Source: an uncultured Bacteroidales bacterium (GTDB lineage: Bacteria > Bacteroidota > Bacteroidia > Bacteroidales > Paludibacteraceae). Taken from it: 64,000 nucleotides of DNA. Numbering within the stretch: position 1 is the stretch's first letter; every line of letters begins with the position of its first letter. Location of the stretch: contig CAIUTB010000003.1 in NCBI GenBank assembly GCA_903901975.1, forward strand, positions 31,063 through 95,062, given 5' to 3'. Made by a program: the position numbers and the translations under genes. Below the pieces are notes generated by a model that saw only the letters and a program-made list of their open reading frames with translations, was not told where the DNA came from and ran no database searches. Shown in pieces: positions 18,548 to 27,627 of the stretch.

Positions 18548-19678
18548 GTGCAGACACAATTTATACCTTCCCCTTGCTACGTTCTTGACGAAATCGCATT
18601 CCGCAAGAATCTTGAACTCATTAAATCTGTAAAAGATCGTGCAGGTGTTGAAATTATTCTGGCTTTCAAGGCTTTTAGTATGTGGAGTGCTTTTCCCATT
18701 GTGCGGGAATATATTCCGTATTCTACTGCCAGTTCATTGGCCGAGGCCCGACTGGCATATGAGGAAATGGGCAGCAAAGCACATACTTACGGACCGGCTT
18801 ATACTGATCGCGAATTTCCTGAAATCATGCGTTGCAGCAGTCATATCACTTTCAATTCGTTGCAGCAGTTTGAGCGTTTTTATCCTCAAACCCAGTTTGA
18901 AAACATATCCTGCGGATTGCGTATAAATCCTGAATTTTCGGATGTGGAAACCGATTTGTACAATCCCTGCGCTCCCGGTTCACGTTTAGGAATAGTGATT
19001 GATTTATTGGGCGAAAAATTACCGGAAGGAGTGGAAGGTCTTCATTTTCATACACTTTGTGAATCAACTTCTTTCGATTTAGAAAGAACTTTGGCGGTAG
19101 TAGAAGAAAAATTCGGCAAATACTTTTCTCAAATCAAATGGCTCAATATGGGTGGTGGTCATCTGATGACCAAAGAAGGCTATGATACCGAACATTTAAT
19201 TTCGTTGCTAAAAAACTTTCAGGTTAAATATCCTCATCTCCAATTAATACTTGAACCCGGAAGTGCTTTTGCCTGGCGCACCGGTGTGTTGGTTTCAAGT
19301 GTTGTCGATATTGTTGAGAACAAAGGTATTAAAACGGCTATGTTAGATGTTTCATTCTCATGCCACATGCCAGATTGTCTCGAAATGCCCTATAAACCAA
19401 CAATTATTGGAGCAACCGATGCTATATCAGGCAAACCAACGTATCGTATGGGTGGAAACAGCTGTTTATCAGGTGATTTCTACGGTGACTGGTCGTTTGA
19501 TAATGAACTTAAAATCGGCGATAAGCTTGTTTTTGAAGATATGATTCATTACACGATGGTAAAAACCACCATGTTTAATGGCGTTTCGCATCCGTCAATT
19601 GCTATTTGGACTAAGGAAAATGAATTAAAACTTATCAGGGAATTTGGTTACGAAGATTATAAAAACCGTATGTCATGA
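18548..19678 (+). CDS. nspC: carboxy(nor)spermidine decarboxylase
   Basis: 376 aa with a GTG start. The IPSPCYVLDE N-terminus, the PLP-dependent fold-III decarboxylase pattern (LHFHTLCE, EPG) and the pathway context support the call. Confidence 0.9.
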   Translation: MQTQFIPSPCYVLDEIAFRKNLELIKSVKDRAGVEIILAFKAFSMWSAFPIVREYIPYSTASSLAEARLAYEEMGSKAHTYGPAYTDREFPEIMRCSSHITFNSLQQFERFYPQTQFENISCGLRINPEFSDVETDLYNPCAPGSRLGIVIDLLGEKLPEGVEGLHFHTLCESTSFDLERTLAVVEEKFGKYFSQIKWLNMGGGHLMTKEGYDTEHLISLLKNFQVKYPHLQLILEPGSAFAWRTGVLVSSVVDIVENKGIKTAMLDVSFSCHMPDCLEMPYKPTIIGATDAISGKPTYRMGGNSCLSGDFYGDWSFDNELKIGDKLVFEDMIHYTMVKTTMFNGVSHPSIAIWTKENELKLIREFGYEDYKNRMS

Positions 19679-20085
19679 AACTGGAATTAAGAATCGATTG
19701 GAGTGAACTGGATGTACTTGGACATGTAAATAACTTACAGATAATGAAATATGTTCAGGCAGCCCGGGTAAATCATTTGGAGAAGGTTGGAATATCTCAG
19801 TCGCATGCTGAGCAGAATGTTGGAGCTATTTTAGCTTCTATTCACACGCTGTTTTTAAAACCGCTTTTTTATCCCGGAAACCTGTCTGTATTTTCACGCG
19901 TTGAATATATCAAAACTTCAAGCATAAAGATTCACTATGAGATTTATAACGACAAAAATGAACTCGCTGCTGAGGCTCAGGATATTCTCGTATACTACGA
20001 TTTTGATAAAAAACACAAACTTAGCATACCACCTGATTTAAGAAAAAAATTTGAAGATTTAGAAAAAAAGATATTTGATTTATAA
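19675..20085 (+). CDS. hotdog-fold acyl-CoA thioesterase (4HBT/YbgC-like)
   Basis: 136 aa with the motif DVLGHVNN..Y..Y. It overlaps the nspC stop by 4 nt. Confidence 0.75.
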   Translation: MKLELRIDWSELDVLGHVNNLQIMKYVQAARVNHLEKVGISQSHAEQNVGAILASIHTLFLKPLFYPGNLSVFSRVEYIKTSSIKIHYEIYNDKNELAAEAQDILVYYDFDKKHKLSIPPDLRKKFEDLEKKIFDL

Positions 20086-20086
20086 C

Positions 20087-20114
20087 AAAAAACCACCTCG
20101 TGAGGTGGTTTTTT
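20087..20114. terminator. bidirectional intrinsic terminator
   Basis: AAAAAACCACCTC-gtg-AGGTGGTTTTTT lies between convergent genes. Confidence 0.85.
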
Positions 20115-20126
20115 GTTGAGAAGTAA

Positions 20127-20594
20127 TTAGTTAGCAGGAACCGGTGGAGTTGGTGGAGTTTCAGGATGATGATTACCACCTCGTTTTTCACGATGTTCTT
20201 TCATTTTTTCCATTTTTTCAGCCCGCATATCCTGAAGTTTTTTGAATTTTTCAGGACCGATAATTTTGGTCATTTCTTCCTCATTTGCTTTGCGTTCTGC
20301 GTCAAATTTGACCTTCATTTCGGCTTTCATTTTTTCGGCTTTTTCCATTTGTTCTTTGTGCTTTGCATCTTGTTTTTCAAACAATGCCTGAACTTTCGCT
20401 TTTTCAGCAGCACTTAAACTTAATTCCTGAGCCATTTTTTCTGCTCTTTTTTCAGATGATACCATGGGTTTGTCACCTTGATGAAATTCTTTTCTAGGTC
20501 CTCTCTCTCCTTGTGGTTGAGTTGGATTTTGTGCAGAAACGGCTATGCTAAACATAAACGCCACACCCAATACTAACATTCCATACTTTTTCAT
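20127..20594 (-). CDS. periplasmic Lys/Glu-rich helical protein (Spy/CpxP- or DUF4890-like)
   Basis: 155 aa. A signal peptide is followed by charged helical repeats (AEKAKVQALFEKQDAKHKEQMEK...). Confidence 0.55.
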   Translation of the reverse strand: MKKYGMLVLGVAFMFSIAVSAQNPTQPQGERGPRKEFHQGDKPMVSSEKRAEKMAQELSLSAAEKAKVQALFEKQDAKHKEQMEKAEKMKAEMKVKFDAERKANEEEMTKIIGPEKFKKLQDMRAEKMEKMKEHREKRGGNHHPETPPTPPVPAN

Positions 20595-20918
20595 AATGCT
20601 CTAATTTTAATTGTTATTAATAATTTGTTTGTAATCTGTATCTATTGACTTCGAAACTACTGAAGAGTTTAAGCAATCAATTTATTTTTTGAATATTTAA
20701 TAATCTATATGCTTGAATAAATACTCTGTTTTTTTAACTTTCATTTTTTTTCTTGCATAGGTTGTGAGGAGCAATACAAGCATTAAACCGGTAAAAATAT
20801 TTTTCCATTTTTGAGTAATTTTTTTTAGAATTAATTGAAAAAATAGCTATAAATTGAATTGACAAATAAAATCAGACAGTTTCCGGCAAATTTTGAATGA
20901 AAATTTTGAAGAAAAAAG

Positions 20919-20926
20919 TATCTTTG
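20919..20926 (+). promoter_or_regulatory. candidate -7 box TATCTTTG upstream of aroB
   Basis: Matches TAnnTTTG and lies 19 nt upstream of the ATG at 20945. Confidence 0.35.
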
Positions 20927-20944
20927 TAAGCTAAATTTCAAAAG

Positions 20945-21997
20945 ATGAGTAGTTCGAAGACAACGATATGCACTAATTTTATTGCCGAATTGGATGCGGC
21001 AATAGGAACGCAGGCAGCTGAAACCATTTATGTATTGGTTGACACTAATACCGAAAAGCTTTGTTTGCCAACTGTTATGCAGTCTGAAAAACTAATTGGT
21101 TGTCATGTGATAACTATTCCAAGTGGGGATGAAAATAAAAATGTTGAATCGGCTGTCAAAATTTGGCAATATCTGAGTGAAAATGGAGCAACACGTAAAT
21201 CGTTGATGATTAACGTGGGTGGAGGAATGATAACTGATATTGGTGGATTTACAGCTTCAACTTTTAAACGTGGGCTGCGTTATATTAATGTTTCAACAAC
21301 TTTACTTGGTGCTGTGGATGCAGCCACAGGTGGAAAAACCGGAATAAATTTTGGCGGACTGAAAAATGAAATCGGTGTATTTGCTCCGGCTGAAACGGTT
21401 TTGATTAATATCGATTTCTTTAAAACACTGAATGATGCCAATCTACGTTCGGGTTATGCCGAAATGCTGAAACACGCATTGATTGATACCCGCGAAGAAT
21501 GGGATGAAGTATTGAAATTTGATTTAGAAAAATTTGACTTTGATAAGCTTAAAGTCTTGCTTGACAGAAGTTTCAAGATTAAAGAACGTATTGTGGAGCA
21601 AGATCCTTTCGAAGCCAATATCCGTAAAGCGCTTAATTTGGGTCATACTTTTGGTCATGCTTTTGAAAGTTATTCCTATAGAATGAAACGACCAGTTTTA
21701 CATGGTTATGCCGTGATGTGGGGTTTACTTTGCGAGTTATACCTATCGTTTATTAAACTTGGTTTTCCAAAAGCTGATTTGCTAAGATTAAAATACCTTA
21801 TCAAAGAATATTATGGAACATTTGAGTTTAGTTGCAAGGAATATGAAGCATTTTTTGAGTTAATGACACACGATAAAAAAAACGAGACGAAAGAAATTAA
21901 TTTTACACTTTTGGGAAATATTGGTGACATCCAAATCAATCAAACAACATCGAAAGATGTGATTTTTGAATGTTTAGACTGGTTTAGAGAAGGATAA
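20945..21997 (+). CDS. aroB: 3-dehydroquinate synthase
   Basis: 350 aa with the motifs GGG.I.D.GGF.A.T..RG...I.V.TTLL..VDA..GGKTGIN. Confidence 0.95.
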   Translation: MSSSKTTICTNFIAELDAAIGTQAAETIYVLVDTNTEKLCLPTVMQSEKLIGCHVITIPSGDENKNVESAVKIWQYLSENGATRKSLMINVGGGMITDIGGFTASTFKRGLRYINVSTTLLGAVDAATGGKTGINFGGLKNEIGVFAPAETVLINIDFFKTLNDANLRSGYAEMLKHALIDTREEWDEVLKFDLEKFDFDKLKVLLDRSFKIKERIVEQDPFEANIRKALNLGHTFGHAFESYSYRMKRPVLHGYAVMWGLLCELYLSFIKLGFPKADLLRLKYLIKEYYGTFEFSCKEYEAFFELMTHDKKNETKEINFTLLGNIGDIQINQTTSKDVIFECLDWFREG

Positions 21998-22027
21998 GCT
22001 AATTTACAATTTTAGATTGAAATTTAT

Positions 22028-22387
22028 ATGGGAAAAACATTAATAATTGGGGCTAGTAATAATCCAGAACGTTATGCTTATAAAGCTGCGGAACGCTTGA
22101 TGGCTCACGGTTTTGAAATAGAATTAATTGGCAAGCGACCTGAGCTTATTTTCGACAGAACAATTGACACCGAAAAAAAAGAATTTGAAGATATAGACAC
22201 TGTAACGCTCTATATTTCAGATAAATTTCAACCGGAATATTATGATTATATTATTTCATTGAATCCGAACCGTGTCATTTTTAATCCCGGAACTGAAAAT
22301 CCTGAATTTGAGGAATTGCTGATACAGAACGATATACATGTGGAAGAAGCATGTACGCTGGTTTTGCTGGGAACTGGACAGTATTAG
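22028..22387 (+). CDS. CoA-binding domain protein
   Basis: 119 aa. The motif IIGASNNPERYAYKA is typical of small YccU-like CoA-binding proteins. Confidence 0.75.
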   Translation: MGKTLIIGASNNPERYAYKAAERLMAHGFEIELIGKRPELIFDRTIDTEKKEFEDIDTVTLYISDKFQPEYYDYIISLNPNRVIFNPGTENPEFEELLIQNDIHVEEACTLVLLGTGQY

Positions 22388-22429
22388 TGGTTAGTTAATT
22401 AGTTAATTTGTTGAATTGTAATAAGAAAA

Positions 22430-23146
22430 ATGAAAATTGCATTAATTGGATATGGTAAAATGGGTAAAACCATTGAGCGGATTGCACGTGAACGTGGACA
22501 TGAAATTGTGTCGGTAATTGATGTGGATAATCTGGATGACTTCGATTCAGAAGCTTTTAAAAGTGCCGATGTGGCAATAGAATTCACTATTCCCAAAGTA
22601 GCACTGAGCAATTATCGTCGGGCTTTTGCTTCGGGTGTCGCTGTAGTCTCGGGTACAACAGGTTGGACGGAAGAGCTTCCCCAACTCAAAAAAGAAATTG
22701 AAGAAGCTTCCAACACCTTGTTTTGGTCGTCAAATTTCAGCTTGGGAGTTAATATCTTTATGGCTGTAAATAAATACCTGGCTAAAATAATGAATGAATT
22801 TCCAAACTATAACGTCGAAATGACTGAAGTTCATCATACGCAGAAGCTTGATACTCCGAGTGGTACAGCTATTACCTTAGCCGAAGGAATTCTTGAAAAT
22901 ATGGATAGAAAAACCACTTGGACAAAAGAAACTGAAAATAAGCCTGAAGATATGGCCATTAAATCTATTCGAAAAGGACAGATTCCCGGTATTCATACCA
23001 TTCGTTATGAATCGGAAGTGGATTCAATAGAAATTACACACGATGCCAAAAGTCGCGAAGGTTTTGCGCTGGGGGCTGTGGTAGCTGCTGAATTTACTGC
23101 TGGTAAGAAGGGCTTTTTGGGGATGAATGACCTTTTGAATTTCTAA
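22430..23146 (+). CDS. dapB: 4-hydroxy-tetrahydrodipicolinate reductase
   Basis: 238 aa. Motifs MKIALIGYGKMG, E.HH..K.D.PSGTA and the C-terminal H.A.SR..FA.GA are present. Confidence 0.95.
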   Translation: MKIALIGYGKMGKTIERIARERGHEIVSVIDVDNLDDFDSEAFKSADVAIEFTIPKVALSNYRRAFASGVAVVSGTTGWTEELPQLKKEIEEASNTLFWSSNFSLGVNIFMAVNKYLAKIMNEFPNYNVEMTEVHHTQKLDTPSGTAITLAEGILENMDRKTTWTKETENKPEDMAIKSIRKGQIPGIHTIRYESEVDSIEITHDAKSREGFALGAVVAAEFTAGKKGFLGMNDLLNF

Positions 23147-23359
23147 TTAGATATTGATGGTTTTTAATCACATCGTTTAAGACTAATCGATGAATTTGAA
23201 CATTCAATCTCAAAAAGTCAGAAAAATTTACATTTATATTTAAAATATAGTACTATGTATAACAAGGTACTGAAAATATATGTATTTTCGCAAAGTGTTT
23301 AAATAGGAATACATTATACAGGTTCTATAAAAGTTTAATTTTGAAAATTAAAAAAAATC

Positions 23360-24781
23360 ATGAGTGAAGAAAAAGAATCAACGCGTTTCGATAAACCGAT
23401 TAAACAATGGATTAAAGCCGGAATTTGGTGTTTGATTTACATATTGTTTATTGCCTGGGTTGGTAATTATTGGTGGCTATTGGGTTTGCCGGTAGTGTTT
23501 GATGCATTTGTAAGCGGATTTATTCCGTGGACGTGGTGGAAAAAATCTGAAAATAAAGCTGTTTTGGCTATTATGGGTTGGGTTGATGCCATTGTATTTG
23601 CTTTGGTAGCTGTATATTTTATAAATACCTATCTGTTTCAGAATTACCAGATTCCGACTTCTTCGCTTGAAAAAAGCCTGCTGGTTGGAGATTTTTTATT
23701 TGTAAGTAAAGCCAGTTATGGACCTCGTGTGCCGAATACACCACTTTCATTCCCCTTAGTTCAACATACTTTTCCCTTGTTGAATTGCAAATCATTTTTG
23801 GAGTATCCCCAATGGGACTATAAACGTCTGAAAGGTTTTGATACTGTGAAACGCAATGACATTGTAGTGTTTAATTTCCCAACAGGTGATACGGTTTGTG
23901 TAAATCAGCAAAATCCCGATTATTACACCTGGTGTTACTATCGGGGTCGTGAAGCGGTTCGAAATGATAAAGCATTTTTTGGAGATATAGTTTATCGCCC
24001 GGTTGACCGTCAGGAAAATTATGTGAAACGATGCGTTGCCATTGCCGGCGATTGGATGCAGTTGAAAGATAATCAGGTGTATGTAAATGGAAAACCACAG
24101 GAAAACATTCAGGGAATTCAGTTCAATTATTTTGTACAGGTAGCCGGATCGTCGTTGACTAATGAGATGTTTGAAAAACTTCACGTGAGTGTTGAAGACA
24201 GATTGTTGGTTGATGATAATACAGCTAGGATGAATTTTGGTTTTGAAAGTGCTTCTGAGCTTGCTAAAGCATTCAATTTTGATCCGAATCTTCAGATTTA
24301 TCATTTCCCAATGAATGAAGATTCAAAGACTAAAATCATGGAAACTCAGGGGGTTAAAGTCGTTTTGGAAGTTTCTAATCGCAAAGATGTTTTTCCATTA
24401 GGTGGCGGCAAAAATTGGACACGTGATAATTTTGGGCCTATCTGGATTCCGAAAAAAGGAGCAACACTGGCTATAAACAAGTATAATTTGCCGATTTATG
24501 AACGCATTATCCGGGTTTACGAAAAAAATAAGCTGGAAGTGAAAGGAAATGAGTATTTTATCAATGATATACCTGCAAAAACCTATACTTTCAAAATGGA
24601 TTATTACTGGATGATGGGCGATAACCGTCATAATTCAGCTGATTCACGTTATTGGGGTTTTGTTCCTGAAGATCATATAGTTGGTCGCCCGGTACTGGTT
24701 TGGCTCTCGTTGGATAAAGATAAAGGTTGGTTTGATGGAAAAATCCGTTGGAACAGGTTTTTTAGAAATGCAGAAAAGTAA
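23360..24781 (+). CDS. lepB: signal peptidase I (long Bacteroidota form)
   Basis: 473 aa. It has the catalytic boxes SSLEKSLLVGDFLFVSK (the Ser in an S-hydrophobic-E context; classical box B reads SMxPTL), YVKR and GDNR.NS.DSRYWGFVP. Confidence 0.9.
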   Translation: MSEEKESTRFDKPIKQWIKAGIWCLIYILFIAWVGNYWWLLGLPVVFDAFVSGFIPWTWWKKSENKAVLAIMGWVDAIVFALVAVYFINTYLFQNYQIPTSSLEKSLLVGDFLFVSKASYGPRVPNTPLSFPLVQHTFPLLNCKSFLEYPQWDYKRLKGFDTVKRNDIVVFNFPTGDTVCVNQQNPDYYTWCYYRGREAVRNDKAFFGDIVYRPVDRQENYVKRCVAIAGDWMQLKDNQVYVNGKPQENIQGIQFNYFVQVAGSSLTNEMFEKLHVSVEDRLLVDDNTARMNFGFESASELAKAFNFDPNLQIYHFPMNEDSKTKIMETQGVKVVLEVSNRKDVFPLGGGKNWTRDNFGPIWIPKKGATLAINKYNLPIYERIIRVYEKNKLEVKGNEYFINDIPAKTYTFKMDYYWMMGDNRHNSADSRYWGFVPEDHIVGRPVLVWLSLDKDKGWFDGKIRWNRFFRNAEK

Positions 24782-25433
24782 ATCAACAGTAAGCAGTAAG
24801 CAAGCAGTAAGCAGTGATAGAAAATCAGTTTGTTTGACTTCGGCTTATTTAGCTCCGGTAGAATATTATATAGCATTAGCGAATGCTGAAACAGTATATT
24901 TGGAGCAATTTGATTTTTACGAAAAGCAAACTTATCGGAATCGTTGTAATATATTGAGTGCAAATGCTGTCATTGCATTGACAATTCCTGTGGAAAAACC
25001 TTCCGGCGAAAAAATTCTGATATGCGATGTCCGGATTTCGGAACATAATGATTGGCAAATCCAACATTGGCGGTCAATAGAATCGGCTTATAATTCAACT
25101 CCTTTTTTTGAGTATTACAAGGATGATTTTCTTCCGTTTTATGAGAAAAAATGGGATTTTCTATGGGATTTTAATTTTGAACTTCAGTCTAAGGTGCTGG
25201 AATTGTTGGATTTACAACCAAGGATAGAATTTACTGAAAACTATCAGGCAATTTTGAATGAAGGAATGATTGATTTACGAGAAAGTATTCATCCGAAAAA
25301 GATAACTCAAACCGAGAATATGAAATCGTATTATCAGGTTTTTGAACAACGATTTGGTTTTCAGAAAAATCTGAGCATAATAGACTTACTTTTTAATATG
25401 GGGAACGAAAGTCAATTAATTGTTGGCCCCTAA
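24768..25433 (+). CDS. WbqC-like family protein
   Basis: The core ...TSAYLAPVEYY...EKQTYRNRC.I...IPV... matches the WbqC family. The start is uncertain. The ATG at 24768 overlaps lepB by 14 nt, the first roughly 20 codons run through a CAGTAAG heptad repeat, and an in-frame TTG near 24831 is an alternative. The stop codon lies in repeat copy B. Confidence 0.7.
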   Translation: MQKSKSTVSSKQAVSSDRKSVCLTSAYLAPVEYYIALANAETVYLEQFDFYEKQTYRNRCNILSANAVIALTIPVEKPSGEKILICDVRISEHNDWQIQHWRSIESAYNSTPFFEYYKDDFLPFYEKKWDFLWDFNFELQSKVLELLDLQPRIEFTENYQAILNEGMIDLRESIHPKKITQTENMKSYYQVFEQRFGFQKNLSIIDLLFNMGNESQLIVGP

Positions 25434-25549
25434 TTAACTCCCTTTGGTCGTTGACCATTGGTGTCCCCTGAAGGGGACATTAAAAGTTAGTTTCTTATAA
25501 TTTCAAACATATAATTTAATTTAATTCCCCCTTTAGGGGGTTAAGGGGC
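25426..25549. repeat. MITE/Correia-like inverted-repeat element, copy B (wbqC-ilvE spacer)
   Basis: The outer left motif GCCCCTAA (25426-25433) is separated from the inner palindrome CCCCTGAAGGGG (25465-25476). The right arm is CCCCCTTTAGGGGGTTAAGGGGC (25527-25549). The interior resembles copy A (ATTAA(A)AGTTAGT..AATTTCA). Confidence 0.75.
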
Positions 25550-25555
25550 TACAAT

Positions 25556-26575
25556 ATGGAACAAATAGATTGGGCTAATTTGGGTTTCGGTTATTTAAAA
25601 ACTGATTTCAATATTCGTTGCCGGTTTAGCAACGGTGCCTGGAGTGAACTTGAAACACATGATAGTGAGTATATGTCGATACACATGGCGGCAACCAGTA
25701 TTCATTATGGACAAGAAGTATTTGAAGGACTGAAGGCATTTCGAGGACAGGATGGCAAAATCCGTATTTTCCGAATGCGCGATAACGCTTTACGGATGCA
25801 GGACTCCTGTGCCGGAACTATGATGGCTCAACTTCCTGTAGAAATATTTGAAGAAGCAGTTTTGAAAGCTGTGAAACTGAACGAACGATTTATTCCTCCT
25901 TACGAATCCGGTGCTTCGCTTTATATTCGCCCATTCTTATTTGGTGTGGGTGCTCAGGTTGGCGTTCGTCCGGCCGACGAATATTTGTTTATCGTTTTTG
26001 TAACTCCTGTTGGTCCCTATTTCAAAGGTGGTTTCCAGACTACTCCATTTGTAATTATGCGCGAATTCGACCGTTCTGCACCGCTTGGTATGGGAAAATA
26101 CAAAGTTGGTGGAAATTATGCTGCCAGTCTGGTAGCCGGACAAAAAGCACACGAAATGGGCTATTCTAATATATTTTACCTCGATGCCAAAGAAAAGAAA
26201 TATATTGATGAATGTGGTGCTGCTAATTTCTTTGGAATTAAAAATAATACCTACGTTACACCCGAATCGGCATCCATTCTTCCATCCATTACCAATAAAA
26301 GTTTGATGGTACTGGCTCAGGATTTAGGAATGACCGTCGAACAGCGTCATGTACCGGTGGAAGAACTGGCAACTTTTGAAGAAGCCGGTGCTTGCGGTAC
26401 TGCAGCAGTTATCAGTCCGATTGAGCGCATTGACGACTATGATATGAAAATTACCTACATGTTCGCCAAAGATGGCAAACCAGGACCTGTATGTGATAAA
26501 CTCTATCATAAACTACGCGGAATTCAATACGGTGAAGAACCCGATACGCACGGTTGGGTGACTTTGGTTGATTAA
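25556..26575 (+). CDS. ilvE: branched-chain amino-acid aminotransferase
   Basis: 339 aa, fold-type IV PLP enzyme, with the motifs YGQ.VFEGLKA.R, GG.YA and E.GAANFF. Confidence 0.9.
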   Translation: MEQIDWANLGFGYLKTDFNIRCRFSNGAWSELETHDSEYMSIHMAATSIHYGQEVFEGLKAFRGQDGKIRIFRMRDNALRMQDSCAGTMMAQLPVEIFEEAVLKAVKLNERFIPPYESGASLYIRPFLFGVGAQVGVRPADEYLFIVFVTPVGPYFKGGFQTTPFVIMREFDRSAPLGMGKYKVGGNYAASLVAGQKAHEMGYSNIFYLDAKEKKYIDECGAANFFGIKNNTYVTPESASILPSITNKSLMVLAQDLGMTVEQRHVPVEELATFEEAGACGTAAVISPIERIDDYDMKITYMFAKDGKPGPVCDKLYHKLRGIQYGEEPDTHGWVTLVD

Positions 26576-26675
26576 TGTACTAATTTTCAATGTGCTAATG
26601 AGCCAATAAAATGATGGAATTTTAGTATATACTTAATTGGCATATTGGCACATTAACTTATTATCACATTATTCT

Positions 26676-27194
26676 ATGATTCTCAAATCTTCTATTTTTC
26701 CTATAGGACAAATCAACAAAACGCATGGCGTTAATGGTGAGATGTCATTTTCATTTAGCTCCGATATTTTCGATCGGGAAGACGTACCGTATTTTGTCCT
26801 TGAAATTGATGGCATTCTGGTACCTTTTTTTCTGGAGGAATATCGTTTCAAAGGAAGTACCACCGGACTGTTGAAGTTGGACGGAATCACCACAGAAGAA
26901 CAGGCAAGGGCTTTTTATGGATTGACCATTTACCTGCCTAAAAAATTTCTGGAAAATGTAGAAGATACGGAGATTGAATTGGATTATTTTGCCGGATTTA
27001 AATTGGTAGATGCCGAGAAAGGAGAACTAGGAATCATATCGGAAGTCGATCAAACCACTGAAAATGTGCTTTTTGTCATTCCAACTAAAGACGATGAATT
27101 ATTGATTCCTGCCGGTGAGGAATATATTGAAAAAATTGACCACGACAAAAAAATTATTTATGTTCGATTACCGGAAGGATTGCTTGATTTATAG
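26676..27194 (+). CDS. rimM: 16S rRNA processing protein RimM
   Basis: The start is chosen at MILKSS...IGQINKTHGVNGE (the canonical RimM N-terminus G.I.K.HG..GE). A PRC-barrel C-terminal half follows. Confidence 0.85.
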   Translation: MILKSSIFPIGQINKTHGVNGEMSFSFSSDIFDREDVPYFVLEIDGILVPFFLEEYRFKGSTTGLLKLDGITTEEQARAFYGLTIYLPKKFLENVEDTEIELDYFAGFKLVDAEKGELGIISEVDQTTENVLFVIPTKDDELLIPAGEEYIEKIDHDKKIIYVRLPEGLLDL

Positions 27195-27195
27195 C

Positions 27196-27627
27196 TCACC
27201 ACTCTTCCAGCGGTTTGTAAAATTCCCGGTAAGTAGTATCGTTTGAATAAAAGTTGAGGCGGTCGAGCATACCGGCTGAAGTTTTATAACCATAGGCAAG
27301 AATGGCTGTTACTCCGGTTTCGCGGCAAACATTCTCAAATTCCTGATATAGTTTTATCCCTAAAATGCTGTGTTGATATTCGGTTTTTACGGCACAAAAC
27401 CAAATCATAATCGCTCCGCTTACCATTTTTTCGCCACTGATAAAGCCTTTAATCTCTCCTTCGGTTTCATAAATCAAAGTCAGACAGCGGTCATTCAGTA
27501 CCAGTTGTTCAATCCACGATCGGTCATAAGGAACTTTTTCGTTGTATTTGAATGGTTCCATATCCAGGATGTTGTGAATCAAATCTATATCATTCTGATT
27601 TGCCTTGCGAATGGATTGAGTTTTCAT
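27196..27627 (-). CDS. GNAT-family N-acetyltransferase
   Basis: 143 aa with a GNAT-like acetyl-CoA binding segment (...VKTEYQHSILGIKLY...). Confidence 0.75.
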   Translation of the reverse strand: MKTQSIRKANQNDIDLIHNILDMEPFKYNEKVPYDRSWIEQLVLNDRCLTLIYETEGEIKGFISGEKMVSGAIMIWFCAVKTEYQHSILGIKLYQEFENVCRETGVTAILAYGYKTSAGMLDRLNFYSNDTTYREFYKPLEEW

